Positions 18,524-30,213 of a stretch of DNA of 64,000 nt are shown in pieces. This DNA comes from an uncultured candidatus Porisulfidus sp. GTDB taxonomy: Bacteria > Pseudomonadota > Gammaproteobacteria > Poriferisulfidales > Poriferisulfidaceae. Every line of letters starts with the position of its first letter. Position 1 is the stretch's first letter. Where the stretch lies: contig OZ220480.1 of assembly GCA_965116025.1 (NCBI GenBank), positions 256,001 to 320,000 on the forward strand. The letters are read 5' to 3'. Under the pieces are notes generated by a model. The model saw nothing but the letters and a program-made list of their open reading frames with translations, made no database searches and was not told the DNA's origin. The position numbers and the translations under genes are program-made.

Positions 18524-20002
18524 ATGGTAAAGCGCGAAATCACGCCCTGCCTGATCGAACGGTTCGGTCAATACCCCTTCGTCACCGTGACCGGGCCACG
18601 GCAATCGGGCAAGACCACGCTCTGCCGCGACGCTTTCCCAAATCTCAAATACGTCAGCCTCGAGGCTCCCGACCAAAGAGAATTCGCCAAATCCGACCCC
18701 AAGAGCTTCCTCGCGCCACTTATGGGAGGCGCTATCCTTGACGAGATCCAGCGCGCTCCGGCACTTCTTTCCTACCTGCAGGTGATCGCTGACGAGATGC
18801 GCCAGAACGGCCTCTTCGTCCTCACGGGAAGCGAGCATTTCACTCTCTCCGACGCCATAGACCAATCGCTCGCCGGACGGACCGCGTTGCTTCGGTTGCT
18901 ACCCTTCTCTTTGAGGGAACGTCGTCAGGCGGGCGCAGGAGGCGATATCGACGATATCTTGTATTCCGGCTTCTATCCCCGAATTCACGATCAAAAGATC
19001 GAGCCGAGGGAAGCTCTTGGCGACTATCTCGAGACCTACGTCGAGCGCGACGCGCGCCGGATCGAGAACATCCAGAACCTGTCCAGTTTTCGGCGCTTCG
19101 TCCGACTGTGCGCCGGGCGCGTTGGGCAACTCGTCAACTTGTCCGCGCTCGGCGCGGACGCCGGCGTGTCCCACACCACGGCCCGCCACTGGCTGACGAT
19201 CCTGGAAGCGAGCTATCTGGTTTTCCAACTCCAGCCTTTTCACGCGAACATGCGCAAGCGCCTGATCAAGTCGCCAAAACTCTACTTTTACGATGTGGGG
19301 CTGGCGAGCCATCTCGTCGGCATTGAGCGGGCGAAGCAAATCAGCACCCATCCACTCAGGGGAGCGCTGTTCGAGAACGCCGCCGTGGTGGAAGTTCTCA
19401 AGCACCGTTTCAACCGGGGACAGCCGTCCAACCTGTCCTTCTTTCGTGATGCCCGAGGACTGGAATGCGACTTGGTCCGGGAGCGTGGCGGCGAGCTCGA
19501 CCTTATCGAGATCAAATCCGGCGCGACTGTCGTCACCGACCATTTTCGCTCCATCGGTCAAGTGTCCACGATGCTTTCGCGAGTCTCCCGGAAGGCCGTC
19601 GTGTACGGCGGCGAGCAAATCCAATCAAGGGGAGATGTGGAAGTCGTGCCTCTGGCGGACCTGGAATCCGCGCTTGAAAGATTCGAGGGGAGGGAACCGC
19701 CGACGGAACCCGAGCCGCGAGCGGTTCGATGGCTTTTGCATTTTTGGCACTCGAACGGCAGAGACCGCGACGAGCCCGATTTTCCGGAGGTCTCCTTCTG
19801 GCAACCTGACGAGGAGACGGCCCGGAAGGAGGCCGCCCGCGTGCTAATCGAGTTAGCGGAAAAAAGAGGCGATGATCGCGACTGGGCGGCGACGAGTCAT
19901 CCCGATCCCTTCGCGGTCAGTTCCGGCCAGATACCGGACGGGCGATGGGCGCTCCGATACGGCGATTTGAAACGCGACGATGGCGGTGGCGACGACCCGT
20001 GA
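18524..20002 (+). CDS. AAA_14 ATPase + DUF4143 protein (second paralog, different C-terminal extension)
   Basis: TGPRQSGKTT, ILDEIQR, KRLIKSPKLYFYDVG, GALFEN and ECDL...IEIK, followed by an unrelated tail of about 100 aa. Confidence 0.85.
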   Translation: MVKREITPCLIERFGQYPFVTVTGPRQSGKTTLCRDAFPNLKYVSLEAPDQREFAKSDPKSFLAPLMGGAILDEIQRAPALLSYLQVIADEMRQNGLFVLTGSEHFTLSDAIDQSLAGRTALLRLLPFSLRERRQAGAGGDIDDILYSGFYPRIHDQKIEPREALGDYLETYVERDARRIENIQNLSSFRRFVRLCAGRVGQLVNLSALGADAGVSHTTARHWLTILEASYLVFQLQPFHANMRKRLIKSPKLYFYDVGLASHLVGIERAKQISTHPLRGALFENAAVVEVLKHRFNRGQPSNLSFFRDARGLECDLVRERGGELDLIEIKSGATVVTDHFRSIGQVSTMLSRVSRKAVVYGGEQIQSRGDVEVVPLADLESALERFEGREPPTEPEPRAVRWLLHFWHSNGRDRDEPDFPEVSFWQPDEETARKEAARVLIELAEKRGDDRDWAATSHPDPFAVSSGQIPDGRWALRYGDLKRDDGGGDDP

Positions 20003-20173
20003 ACGGATGCCCTTTTCGCTCGATCCGACCAAAGCCGTGACCGGAAAAACCGGTTTTTTAGCCCTTGAGCGTCAGTCGGTGCGCGCCAACCCACGGGCCT
20101 GCGCCCGTACAATCCGCCCCGAACCCGGGATAGCAGCCAACGCTAAAAGATCGCGTGCTGAGGAAAAGTGGGA

Positions 20174-21832
20174 ATGATTCGTAAAGTCGTCGTGAAACGC
20201 TTCCAGAAGCTCGACCGCTTGGAGTTCGAGCTGAAGGAACGAACCCTCGTCGCTGGCCCAAACAACTCAGGCAAGACGACACTTCTGCAAGCGCTGGCGA
20301 CTTGGTCGGAGCTTGGCGAAATATGGCTCGACAGCGGCGCGGACATGACCCGCCGGACCGATGGCGGCTTTCCCCGAATCGAGCTCGACATCGTCGCTCT
20401 CGGGGCATCGCCTCTCTCCCGCTTTGACGCATTGTGGCGAAACCAAGAAACGCGAGAACCCATATCCATCAGAGTGACCACGGACGATTGGGATGTAGGA
20501 TTTGAGATGCGTTACCAAAGACCCACAATCGCCACAATTGGACCTTTGGCGGAGATATCGGAGGACCACCTGGAGCATTACGCCAAGAACCCCCTGAGAG
20601 CGCTTTACATCCCATCGCTCTCAGGCATGGACCGCCATGAGCCGAAATACGATGAAAGGGTGGTGGCTGCGAGATTGGCGCATGGAAAGGGCGGAATGGT
20701 CATTCGAAATATGGTTCAGGCGGTGAGTCGGGACAGAGCGAAATGGATGGAGCTACAGAACGCCGTGAACGAGTTTTTCGGGCTCGAGCTATCCGAGCCA
20801 AGCGGTGTCGACCCGATAGTGGCGCGATATAGACATTCGGAGAAAGAACATTGGTACGATCTTATAAACGGCGCGTCAGGCTTCCTGCAAACGGTCCTGA
20901 TTCAGTCCGCTCTTCTGCACTCCAACGCGAAACTTTTTCTCTTGGACGAGCCGGACGCTCACCTGCACGCGTTGCTCAAGGAAAAGATGTATCGTCTGAT
21001 ACGGGAGCGTTGCGAGCAAGATCGCTGTCAAGCGGTGATAGCCACCCATTCCGGCAGATTGATCGAAGAGGCGGAGAAAGAAGGAAGCCTGTTTCTGGTC
21101 ACGGAGAACGGCCTGAGCCATGTTCGCCAGCGAGAGTCCAAAGAGCTTCTCAAAATTCCGACCGAGCAAATCGTTCACGCGGAAACCTGCAAGCGCGTCC
21201 TATACCTGGAAGGGAAATCAGATCTAGACCTTTTGCGAGGGTGGGCCAAAGCGCTGGATCACCCCGCGGCCCGGCTGCTGGAGGGAACGTTCTGGATTCC
21301 GACCGCGGAAGAAAGCGGTCGCGGCTTCACCAAAAAGCATTTTCGAGCTCTGAAGGCGCGAGCGCCCGCGTTGCGGGCGCTGGAGATTCGGGACCGCAAT
21401 GGAAGCGATGCCGCGCGCTGGCGCGGTCTGGCGCCGGGCGACTTGCGTACCGAGAAAGAGAGCCGAGAGATGCCAGATGACTTCCTTCTAGCGTTTTGGA
21501 CCCGCTACGAGATCGAGAATTACCTGATTCATCCTGAAGCCATCGCCCGCTTCGTGGCGCGCTCAATGGACGAGAAGCGGGCGGAAAACGTCAGAAGAGG
21601 CATTAAAGAGTATTGGCCACCCGTCCTGATCGAGAATCCTTTCGGGACGACTAGCTATGACCAAACGAAAGGAAAAACGGTAATCACCGAGGTGCTCGCC
21701 GTCGCCGGGATCGACGCGAAAGAATCCGAATATTGCCGAATAGCCCGCATCATGAAGCCCGAAGAGATTCACCCGGATGTCGTCGCCATGCTGGATAAGA
21801 TCGAGAGCCAGTTGCCGGCCATAGAGAAGTGA
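20174..21832 (+). CDS. ABC-type ATPase with TOPRIM-like C-terminal domain (OLD/AAA_21-like)
   Basis: Walker A GPNNSGKTT, Walker B LLDEPDAHLH and H-loop IATHS, then VLYLEGKSD, IRDRN and RYEIENY. Confidence 0.75.
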   Translation: MIRKVVVKRFQKLDRLEFELKERTLVAGPNNSGKTTLLQALATWSELGEIWLDSGADMTRRTDGGFPRIELDIVALGASPLSRFDALWRNQETREPISIRVTTDDWDVGFEMRYQRPTIATIGPLAEISEDHLEHYAKNPLRALYIPSLSGMDRHEPKYDERVVAARLAHGKGGMVIRNMVQAVSRDRAKWMELQNAVNEFFGLELSEPSGVDPIVARYRHSEKEHWYDLINGASGFLQTVLIQSALLHSNAKLFLLDEPDAHLHALLKEKMYRLIRERCEQDRCQAVIATHSGRLIEEAEKEGSLFLVTENGLSHVRQRESKELLKIPTEQIVHAETCKRVLYLEGKSDLDLLRGWAKALDHPAARLLEGTFWIPTAEESGRGFTKKHFRALKARAPALRALEIRDRNGSDAARWRGLAPGDLRTEKESREMPDDFLLAFWTRYEIENYLIHPEAIARFVARSMDEKRAENVRRGIKEYWPPVLIENPFGTTSYDQTKGKTVITEVLAVAGIDAKESEYCRIARIMKPEEIHPDVVAMLDKIESQLPAIEK

Positions 21833-21969
21833 CCGTCGAATGAGCGCGCCTTAGGTCGGCCCGCCTCCCCTCCAGTGGCCCCGACCGCCGGGAAGTCCGC
21901 CTCAAGGAACGAATTCCGAATCCCGATTTGGTATAATTGAGGTCCACGATCCCACGGGAGACCGCACTG

Positions 21970-22557
21970 ATGAAAAACCCTCTGGCCTCCGTCAAAGGAA
22001 CCCTGATCTCCGGGCTGATCCTGGCGATCATCTTGGGCTACCTGATCGACATGAAACTCGAGATCAACTGGGTCTCGCTGATCGTCTGGGCGCATGTCTT
22101 CGTCGGCATCATCTGGATCGGGCTTCTGTACTACTTCAACTTCGTGCAGATCCCGGCGGTGGCCGAGGCGGTCGCTGACAGCGACGGCCCGGGACCAGCG
22201 GCGATCAACAAGTACGTCGCCCCGAAAGCATTGCTATGGTTTCGCTGGGCGGCCTTGGTGACCTGGCTGACCGGCGCGGCCGCATTGGAAATGCTGGGCA
22301 TCGGGATCGGCAACGCCTTCTCGCTCGCCAACCCGAACATCGGCATTGGCGTATGGCTCGGCACCATCATGCTGCTCAATGTCTGGGGGCTGATCTGGCC
22401 AAACCAGAAAAAGGTACTCGGCATGGTGGAGGCGTCCGACGAGGAGAAGGCGAGAGCCAAGAAAGTCGCCATGCTGGCATCGCGAACCAATACGTTGCTG
22501 TCCATCCCCATGCTGATGTCGATGGTGGCGTTCGGCCACGGGGGATTGGCTATCTAG
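21970..22557 (+). CDS. Urate hydroxylase PuuD-family (Urate_ox_N) membrane protein
   Basis: WAHVFVGIIWIGLLYYFNFVQIP, ALLWFRWAA, IMLLNVWGLIWPNQKK and SRTNTLLSIPML. Confidence 0.75.
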   Translation: MKNPLASVKGTLISGLILAIILGYLIDMKLEINWVSLIVWAHVFVGIIWIGLLYYFNFVQIPAVAEAVADSDGPGPAAINKYVAPKALLWFRWAALVTWLTGAAALEMLGIGIGNAFSLANPNIGIGVWLGTIMLLNVWGLIWPNQKKVLGMVEASDEEKARAKKVAMLASRTNTLLSIPMLMSMVAFGHGGLAI

Positions 22558-22624
22558 TACCTCGCACCATTCCCCTGTTGAGGGCAAGGCGGCAGCTTCG
22601 CGCTGCCGTTTTGCCTTAAGAACC

Positions 22625-23815
22625 ATGCGTGACGACGATTCCGCCCTCCTTCCCACCTACGCCCGGCTTCCGGTCAGCTTCGCGCGCGGGCGCGGCTGCT
22701 GGCTTTGGGACGAGAATGGAGACGAATACCTCGATGCCATCGCGGGTATCGCCGTCTGCGGGCTGGGCCACTGCCACCCCGGCGTGACCGAGGCCTTGCG
22801 CGAGCAGGCGGGCATCCTGGTCCACACTTCCAACCTCTACCGAATCGAGCCTCAGGAATCCCTAGCCCGCCGGCTCGCCGGGATCTCCGGGATGGAGCGC
22901 GTCTTCTTCTGCAACTCCGGAGCGGAAGCCAACGAGTGCGCGCTGAAGATCGCGCGGCTGCACGCCGCTCGTAAGAACGTCTCCGCCCCGGAAATCCTAG
23001 TGGTCGAAGGCGCCTTCCATGGACGCACCCTCATGACGCTGAGCGCCTCCTCCGGCGCCCGAGTCCGCGACGGCTACGCCCCCTACGCCGAGGGTTTCGC
23101 GCGGGTCGGCTTCAACGACCTGCCTATGGCGCGCGCCGCTCTGGCCGAACGTCCGAACATCGTGGCGGCGCTGATCGAGCCTATCCAGGGAGAGGGTGGA
23201 ATCCGCCCGGTGGACGACGACTACCTGATCGGCCTGCGCGCGCTGTGCGACGAGCATGACGCGCTATTGATCCTGGACGAGGTGCAAACGGGATTGGGCC
23301 GGACTGGACGAATGTTCGCCTACCAGCATGCTCGCGTCCTGCCGGATGCCGTGACGCTTGCCAAAGCCCTCGGAAACGGCTATCCGGTGGCTGCCTGCCT
23401 GACGCGGGGAGCCGCCGCCACCGTCATGGAGCCTGGGCGGCACGGCACGACGTTCGGGGGCGGTCACCTGGCCTGCCGCGTGGGACTCGCGGTGCTTGAC
23501 GCGCTGGAGGAAGAACGGTTGCCGGAGCGCGCGGAAAGGCTCGGACGCCTCCTTATGGAAAGATTCAACGACGCGCTGGCGGACTTGCCCGGCATCAGAT
23601 CCATTCGCGGACGCGGCCTGATGATCGGCATCGAGCTGAGCGAGCCCGCGCCTGACTTGGTCTTGCGAGCCCTGCGCGCGCGGCTGCTGATCAACGTGAC
23701 CCGAGAGCGAGTGGCGCGGCTGTTGCCGCCCTTGGTGATGAGCGATGGCGAGGCCGATCTTCTATGCGAGCGCCTGATCCCCATTCTGGCGGAGGCCGCC
23801 AGCGGAACGGCATGA
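22625..23815 (+). CDS. argD: Acetylornithine aminotransferase
   Basis: [42 protein letters not shown] and TLAKALG. Directly upstream of argF. Confidence 0.92.
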   Translation: MRDDDSALLPTYARLPVSFARGRGCWLWDENGDEYLDAIAGIAVCGLGHCHPGVTEALREQAGILVHTSNLYRIEPQESLARRLAGISGMERVFFCNSGAEANECALKIARLHAARKNVSAPEILVVEGAFHGRTLMTLSASSGARVRDGYAPYAEGFARVGFNDLPMARAALAERPNIVAALIEPIQGEGGIRPVDDDYLIGLRALCDEHDALLILDEVQTGLGRTGRMFAYQHARVLPDAVTLAKALGNGYPVAACLTRGAAATVMEPGRHGTTFGGGHLACRVGLAVLDALEEERLPERAERLGRLLMERFNDALADLPGIRSIRGRGLMIGIELSEPAPDLVLRALRARLLINVTRERVARLLPPLVMSDGEADLLCERLIPILAEAASGTA

Positions 23816-24714
23816 GCGCGCGCCACTTCCTGAGCTTGATGGACCTTAGTCCGAAGGAACTCCAGGGCATCCTTGAGCGGGCGCTGGAGCTCAAGGAGAT
23901 GCGCCGTGACGGAACCGACCGGGGACTCTTGGCAGGCAAGACTCTGGCCCTCGCGTTCGACAAGAGCTCGACCCGGACTCGGGTGTCGTTCGAGGCGGGC
24001 ATGACCCAACTCGGCGGTGGCGCCCTGTTCCTGTCTCCGGACATGACGCAACAGGGACGCGGGGAGCCGATCGAGGACGAAGCGCGGGTTCTGTCCTCAA
24101 TGGTCGATGCGGTCGTGGTGCGCACCGGCGCGCACGAAACCCTGGAGCGTTACGCTCGGGCCTCGTCCACACCAGTGATCAACGGCTTGACCGACCGGTT
24201 GCATCCGTGCCAGCTCTTGGCCGACCTGCTCACTTGGCGCGAGTTGCGCGGCGATATTCATGGCGAGCGCGTCGCGTTCGTGGGCGACGGCAACAACATG
24301 TGCCGCTCGTACATCAACGCGGCCCGACAGTTCGGTTTTCGTCTGAACGTCGCCACCCCGACCAAGTACGCGCCGGACGAGGAATGGCTGGCGCTCGCCC
24401 CGGACTTGGTCCAGTGGAGCGAAGACCCAAGCGTCGCGGTCGCCGACGCGCGGCTGGTCGTCACCGATGTTTGGGCCAGCATGGGCCAAGAAGACGAGCG
24501 CGCGGAGCGGCGCCGGACGTTCGAGCCCTACCAGGTCAACGCCGACCTGATGAGCCGCGCGGCGGCGGACGCCTTGTTCATGCACTGTCTCCCGGCCCAC
24601 CGCGGGGAAGAAGTGACCGCCGAAGTCATCGATGGGCCGCGAAGCGTGGTGTGGCGGGAGGCCGAGAACCGGCTGCATGCGCAGAAGGCGCTGCTGGAGT
24701 TCCTGCTGGCCTGA
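23812..24714 (+). CDS. argF: Ornithine carbamoyltransferase
   Basis: [27 protein letters not shown] and [10 protein letters not shown]. Confidence 0.95.
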   Translation: MSARHFLSLMDLSPKELQGILERALELKEMRRDGTDRGLLAGKTLALAFDKSSTRTRVSFEAGMTQLGGGALFLSPDMTQQGRGEPIEDEARVLSSMVDAVVVRTGAHETLERYARASSTPVINGLTDRLHPCQLLADLLTWRELRGDIHGERVAFVGDGNNMCRSYINAARQFGFRLNVATPTKYAPDEEWLALAPDLVQWSEDPSVAVADARLVVTDVWASMGQEDERAERRRTFEPYQVNADLMSRAAADALFMHCLPAHRGEEVTAEVIDGPRSVVWREAENRLHAQKALLEFLLA

Positions 24715-24736
24715 TCGCTCTCTCCGCGCGGTCCGC

Positions 24737-25459
24737 TCAGGCGCGCGATTCCGTCAACTCCCGCTCCACCTGCTCGATCGAGACGTGGCGCAAGTCCTTG
24801 CCAATGACCTGATACAGCACGTGCTCGCAGATATTGGCGGCATGGTCGCCGATGCGCTCCAGAGCCTTCGCGCACCACAAAACCTCCAGCACCAGCCGAA
24901 TGCAGTGCGGATCCTCCATCATGAACGTGATCATCTGCCGGATGCCCGCCTCGTACTCCTCATCGATTTCGGCATCCTCCTTGAGCACCTCCAAAGCCAA
25001 ATCCGTGTCCAAGCGAGCGAACGAATCGAGCGCCTTGCGTAGCATGGCCCGGACGTGCCACCCAATATGCTTCACGGCGCGCAGATGCCGCTTGCGAACC
25101 GACTGGTAGTCCAGATTCTCGGCCAGCCGGGCGATCTTCTCCGCCTCGTCCCCGACCCGCTCCAGATCCGTGGTGGCCTTGATCACCGCGATCACCGTGC
25201 GCAGGTCCATGGCGACCGGATGCCGCAGGGCGAGGAACTCGCTGCATTCCTCGTCGATCTTGATTTCCAGCGCGTTGATCTTGAAGTCCGCCCGGGAAAT
25301 CTTGCGCGCCAGCTTCTGGTCTCCGTTCAGAAACGCCTCGATCGCGTGCTCCACATGCCGCTCGGCCAGCCCGCCCATCTCCAGGGCGCGCCCGCGCACG
25401 TTCTTCAAAAACCGCGAGAACTCCGCGGACGTGTGCTGGATTACGTCTTCCGCCTCCAT
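24737..25459 (-). CDS. phoU: Phosphate signalling complex protein PhoU
   Basis: PVAMDLR, TDLERVGDEA and LERIGDHAANICE. Confidence 0.92.
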   Translation of the reverse strand: MEAEDVIQHTSAEFSRFLKNVRGRALEMGGLAERHVEHAIEAFLNGDQKLARKISRADFKINALEIKIDEECSEFLALRHPVAMDLRTVIAVIKATTDLERVGDEAEKIARLAENLDYQSVRKRHLRAVKHIGWHVRAMLRKALDSFARLDTDLALEVLKEDAEIDEEYEAGIRQMITFMMEDPHCIRLVLEVLWCAKALERIGDHAANICEHVLYQVIGKDLRHVSIEQVERELTESRA

Positions 25460-25475
25460 CGCGCGCTCTTCCGCC

Positions 25476-26837
25476 TTACTTTCCGGCGCCCATTCTACCA
25501 ACCGCCGCGCCTTCCAGAAAAGGAGCCAGAGCGCGGCGATTCATCGCGATCAGCAGGAGACTCGGTATCACCATCAGGGTCGTGATCACGAAGAACAGAG
25601 GCCAATCGCCGCCTAGCCCGTCGATCAGGACGCCGCTGCCGGCAGCGAGCATGGTGCGCGACAGCGTCCCGAGCGAGGCCAGCGCCGCGTACTGCGTCGC
25701 GGTCCAGCTCCGGTCGCACAATTGCGACAAGAACGCGACGAACGCGACCGTGGAGATGGCGGTGGTGAACTGGTCGGCGACCACGGCCGTCGCGAACAGC
25801 CCCGCCGACGGATACCAGGCCAGCAACGCGAACAGCAAATTGGTCAGCGCCATCGCGACGCCGCCGATCAAGATTCCGCGCAGCAGGCCGTAGCGAGCGT
25901 TGATCAGGCTCCCGACCACGGCGAACGCGGAGATGGCCAAGGCTCCGTAACCCTTCGAATACAGCGCGATATCGGACTTCGAGAAACCGATCTCGGTATA
26001 GAAGACCAAAGACATTCGGCCCAGGAAGGCCTCCCCCACCTTAAACAGAAAGATCGCCAGCAACAAGAACGCCGCGAGACGCGTCCCGTAGCGCGTCACG
26101 AAATTCCGGATCGGCGCCACGTACATGCCCAGCAGGCGAAGCGCCGGGGCGGCGGACCGAGCCGCCTGCCGCGGAGGACGGGCCGGCTCCGGCACCAGCC
26201 ACAGGAACAGCCCAGCCAACGCGCCCACCAGCAGGATCAGCCACAGGTAGCCATGCTGCCAGGCCCGCTCGACGCCGGCATCCTGCATCCGCTCCACCAG
26301 CCACAGGGCGAGACCCCCTCCCAAGCCGTATCCGATCCACCACCCGGAAGTCGCCATCGCCGAGCCGCCACCGACTTTGCGCGGCTCGTCCGTCCGGAAC
26401 TGCTCGATCCGGAGGGCATCGATCGCGACATCCTGAGTCGCGCCGGCAACCGCCAAGACCACCGCCCAGACCACGATCCATTCCAGCTGCCCGGCGGGCT
26501 CCAGCCGCGACAGCGCGCCCAAGGCCGCGACGATCACCAACTGCATGGCGACGATCCATGAGCGGCGGTGACCGAGCCGGCGGGCCAGACCCGGGAGGCG
26601 CGCGGCGTCGACGAACGGCGCCCACGCGACATTGACCGCGTACACCACCAGCACCAGGCCGAACAGGCCGATGTCGGTCCGGCTGAAGCCGCTCTCCTGC
26701 AGCCACAAGGTCATCATCGACAGCACCGCGACCTGCGGCAGGCCACTCATCGCGCCCAACAGCAGGATCCGCGCCATGCGAACGTCGCGGTACAAGGCTA
26801 AGGACTCGCGCCAGCTCAGCGCGCGTATCTCCATCAC
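25476..26837 (-). CDS. AmpG-like MFS permease
   Basis: LLGAMSGLP, WAPFVD, LGHRRSW, ATQDVAIDALRIE and TATQYAALASL. Confidence 0.85.
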   Translation of the reverse strand: MMEIRALSWRESLALYRDVRMARILLLGAMSGLPQVAVLSMMTLWLQESGFSRTDIGLFGLVLVVYAVNVAWAPFVDAARLPGLARRLGHRRSWIVAMQLVIVAALGALSRLEPAGQLEWIVVWAVVLAVAGATQDVAIDALRIEQFRTDEPRKVGGGSAMATSGWWIGYGLGGGLALWLVERMQDAGVERAWQHGYLWLILLVGALAGLFLWLVPEPARPPRQAARSAAPALRLLGMYVAPIRNFVTRYGTRLAAFLLLAIFLFKVGEAFLGRMSLVFYTEIGFSKSDIALYSKGYGALAISAFAVVGSLINARYGLLRGILIGGVAMALTNLLFALLAWYPSAGLFATAVVADQFTTAISTVAFVAFLSQLCDRSWTATQYAALASLGTLSRTMLAAGSGVLIDGLGGDWPLFFVITTLMVIPSLLLIAMNRRALAPFLEGAAVGRMGAGK

Positions 26838-26841
26838 GCTC

Positions 26842-27609
26842 TCACTTGGACAAATCGTAGTCCATGATCAGCGGCGCGTGGTCCGAGAATCGCCGATCCT
26901 TGTAAATCCGGACGCGCCGCGCGCGCCCCGCCAGATTCCGCGACACCACCTGATAGTCGATCCTCCACCCGACGTTCTTCTCCCAAGCCCGACCGCGGTT
27001 GGACCACCACGTGTACTGGTCGGGCCTCGAGTCGACCTCCCGAAAAGCGTCCACGAATCCCCCCTCCCCGAAAACCCGGTCCATCCACGCTCGCTCCTCC
27101 GGCAAAAAGCCCGAGTTTTTTCGGTTCGCGCGCCAATTTCGGAGGTCGATTTCCCGGTGCGCGATATTCCAGTCGCCACAGACGATGGCGCGGCGACGCC
27201 GCAAACTTTGGAGACGCGCCGCGAACTCATCCAAAAACCGATACTTGGCCCGCTGGCGCTCGTCGCCAGAAGATCCCGACGGCGCATACAGGGACACCAC
27301 CGACAAGCCACCGAAGCGGGCCTCGAGGTAGCGCCCTTCCTGATCGAACTCTGGCGAGCCATAGCCCTCGATGATCCGATCCGGTCGCTCTCGCGAGAAC
27401 AGGGCCACGCCACTGTAGCCGGGCCGCTCCGCCGGGTGGTAATGGCAGTGGAACGATCTCGGGCGGAAGGCCGAGGCGTCGATCTGGTCGAGACGGGCCT
27501 TGATCTCCTGCAAGCAGACCACGTCCGCCCGCTGGCGGGCCAACCAGCGGAAGAATCCCTTGCGCTCGGCGCTACGGACGCCGTTCACGTTCAGCGTGAT
27601 CACGCGCAT
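26842..27609 (-). CDS. xth: Exodeoxyribonuclease III family (Xth/Crc-like)
   Basis: ITLNVNG, CLQEIKA, GYSGVA, GDWNIAH, GWRIDY and FSDHAP. Divergent from pyrE. Confidence 0.9.
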   Translation of the reverse strand: MRVITLNVNGVRSAERKGFFRWLARQRADVVCLQEIKARLDQIDASAFRPRSFHCHYHPAERPGYSGVALFSRERPDRIIEGYGSPEFDQEGRYLEARFGGLSVVSLYAPSGSSGDERQRAKYRFLDEFAARLQSLRRRRAIVCGDWNIAHREIDLRNWRANRKNSGFLPEERAWMDRVFGEGGFVDAFREVDSRPDQYTWWSNRGRAWEKNVGWRIDYQVVSRNLAGRARRVRIYKDRRFSDHAPLIMDYDLSK

Positions 27610-27661
27610 ATCGGCGTCTCCCGCTTCATCGGCTAGAATCCTGGTCAGAGACCCGCTTCGC

Positions 27662-28327
27662 ATGCCACCCTCCGACCCGACCCCGCCAACGGACTTTCGC
27701 GCCGAATTCCTGCGCCTCGCGCTGCAGTACGAGTGCTTGAAGTTCGGCGATTTCACGCTGAAGTCCGGGCGCAGGAGTCCGTATTTCTTCAACGCCGGAG
27801 CGTTCAACGACGGCGCGGCTCTGGAGCGGGTCGGCGAGTGTTACTCGCGCGTCTGCGCCGCGCGCCGCCTCGCGTTCGACATGCTGTTCGGGCCAGCCTA
27901 CAAAGGCATTCCCTTGGCCACCGTCACCGCCTGCGCCCTCCAGCGCCTGTACGGGCGAACCGTCCCGGTCGGCTTCGACCGAAAGGAGACCAAAACGCAT
28001 GGCGATCAAGGACGAACCTTCGGCGCCCCGGTCGCGGGACGAGCGTTGCTCGTCGACGACGTGGTCTCCTCCGGAACCACGGTCTGGAACTCGGTGGAAC
28101 TGATCCGCTCGCTCGGCGCCACGCCAGTCGGACTGCTCATTCTGATGGACCGCGGCGAGCGTGGGCGAGGACGGGTCTCCGCCGCGCGGGAAATCGAGGA
28201 GGACTGCGGCATCCCAGTCATTCCGGTCGCGCGCGCCAGCGACTTTCGCGAGTTTCTGAAAGACGTCCCACAGTATCAGAGGCATCGGGAGCGGGTCGAG
28301 GAATATCTCAGAGAGTACGGAGCGTAG
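27662..28327 (+). CDS. pyrE: Orotate phosphoribosyltransferase
   Basis: LKFGDFTLKSGRRSPYFFNAG, FGPAYKGIP and LVDDVVSSGT. Confidence 0.93.
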   Translation: MPPSDPTPPTDFRAEFLRLALQYECLKFGDFTLKSGRRSPYFFNAGAFNDGAALERVGECYSRVCAARRLAFDMLFGPAYKGIPLATVTACALQRLYGRTVPVGFDRKETKTHGDQGRTFGAPVAGRALLVDDVVSSGTTVWNSVELIRSLGATPVGLLILMDRGERGRGRVSAAREIEEDCGIPVIPVARASDFREFLKDVPQYQRHRERVEEYLREYGA

Positions 28328-29138
28328 CCGCGGCGCGCAAGCGCGCGCGCAGAGGTCCGGTGTCCGGGCGCGCGCCGTGCCATAACTCGAAACTCTCCGC
28401 CGCCTGTTCCAACAACATCCCGAGCCCGTCGCTGACGCGAGCGCAACCCGCCCGCCTGGCCCAAGCCAAGAACGCGGTGTCTTCCCCGTACCGCAAGTCA
28501 TAGCAAACGGTCCGCCGCGCGGCCAGGGCCGAGACGGACAGATCCAATGGCGCGTCCGCCGGCCCCGTCGCCGTGGCGTTGAGAATCAGATCGAAGGAGG
28601 CGTCCCCGATATCCTCCAGAGAGCACGCGACGAGGGGAACGGACGTATCGCGTGACGCGACCAACGCATGCGCGCGCTCCAGAGTCCGGTTGGCCACGGT
28701 GAGGCGACGCGGAGCGGCGTCCATCAGAGGGCCCAAGACCCCACGCGCGGCGCCGCCGGCGCCCAGCAACAAGATCCGCATGCCAGAAAGATCCAGATCC
28801 ATGTTTTCCGTCAGATCGCGGACCAAGCCGCTGCCATCGGTGTTGTCGGCGACGATAGCGCCGTCCTCGAGAGACAGCCAGTTCGCCGCGCCCGCCACGC
28901 GAGCGCGCGCCGCGCTCCGATCCGCCAGCTTCAGCGCCGCCTCCTTATGTGGCGCGGTGACGTTCAGGCCGCGTCCGCCCGAGCGCCAGAAATCTCGCGC
29001 GGCGGACTCGAGGTCCGCCGCGGCGACGCGAATCTGCCGGTAGTGAATCTCCTTGCCGGCCCGCGCCGCGAACTCGACGTGGATGACGGGCGACAAACTG
29101 TGCGCGACCGGATCCCCGATGACGGCGTAGCATTCCAC
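28308..29138 (-). CDS. aroE: Shikimate dehydrogenase
   Basis: VIGDPVAHSLSP, GLNVTAPHK, DNTDG, LGAGGAARG and GLGMLLEQA. A GTG start is inferred just after the hemB stop. Confidence 0.92.
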   Translation of the reverse strand: MECYAVIGDPVAHSLSPVIHVEFAARAGKEIHYRQIRVAAADLESAARDFWRSGGRGLNVTAPHKEAALKLADRSAARARVAGAANWLSLEDGAIVADNTDGSGLVRDLTENMDLDLSGMRILLLGAGGAARGVLGPLMDAAPRRLTVANRTLERAHALVASRDTSVPLVACSLEDIGDASFDLILNATATGPADAPLDLSVSALAARRTVCYDLRYGEDTAFLAWARRAGCARVSDGLGMLLEQAAESFELWHGARPDTGPLRARLRAAATLRTL

Positions 29139-29143
29139 GAACT

Positions 29144-30151
<1,008 letters not shown>

Positions 30152-30213
30152 TCAAGCAGAAAATTTCCGTGCATGGTACACCGAACGGGGCGCGGAAAGA
30201 CTACAATGGGCGC

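Noticed and set aside
20045-20058. Perfect 14-bp palindrome AAAAACCGGTTTTT between the ATPase genes
   Set aside because: It is a single low-complexity instance with no loop for a terminator hairpin and no supporting context.
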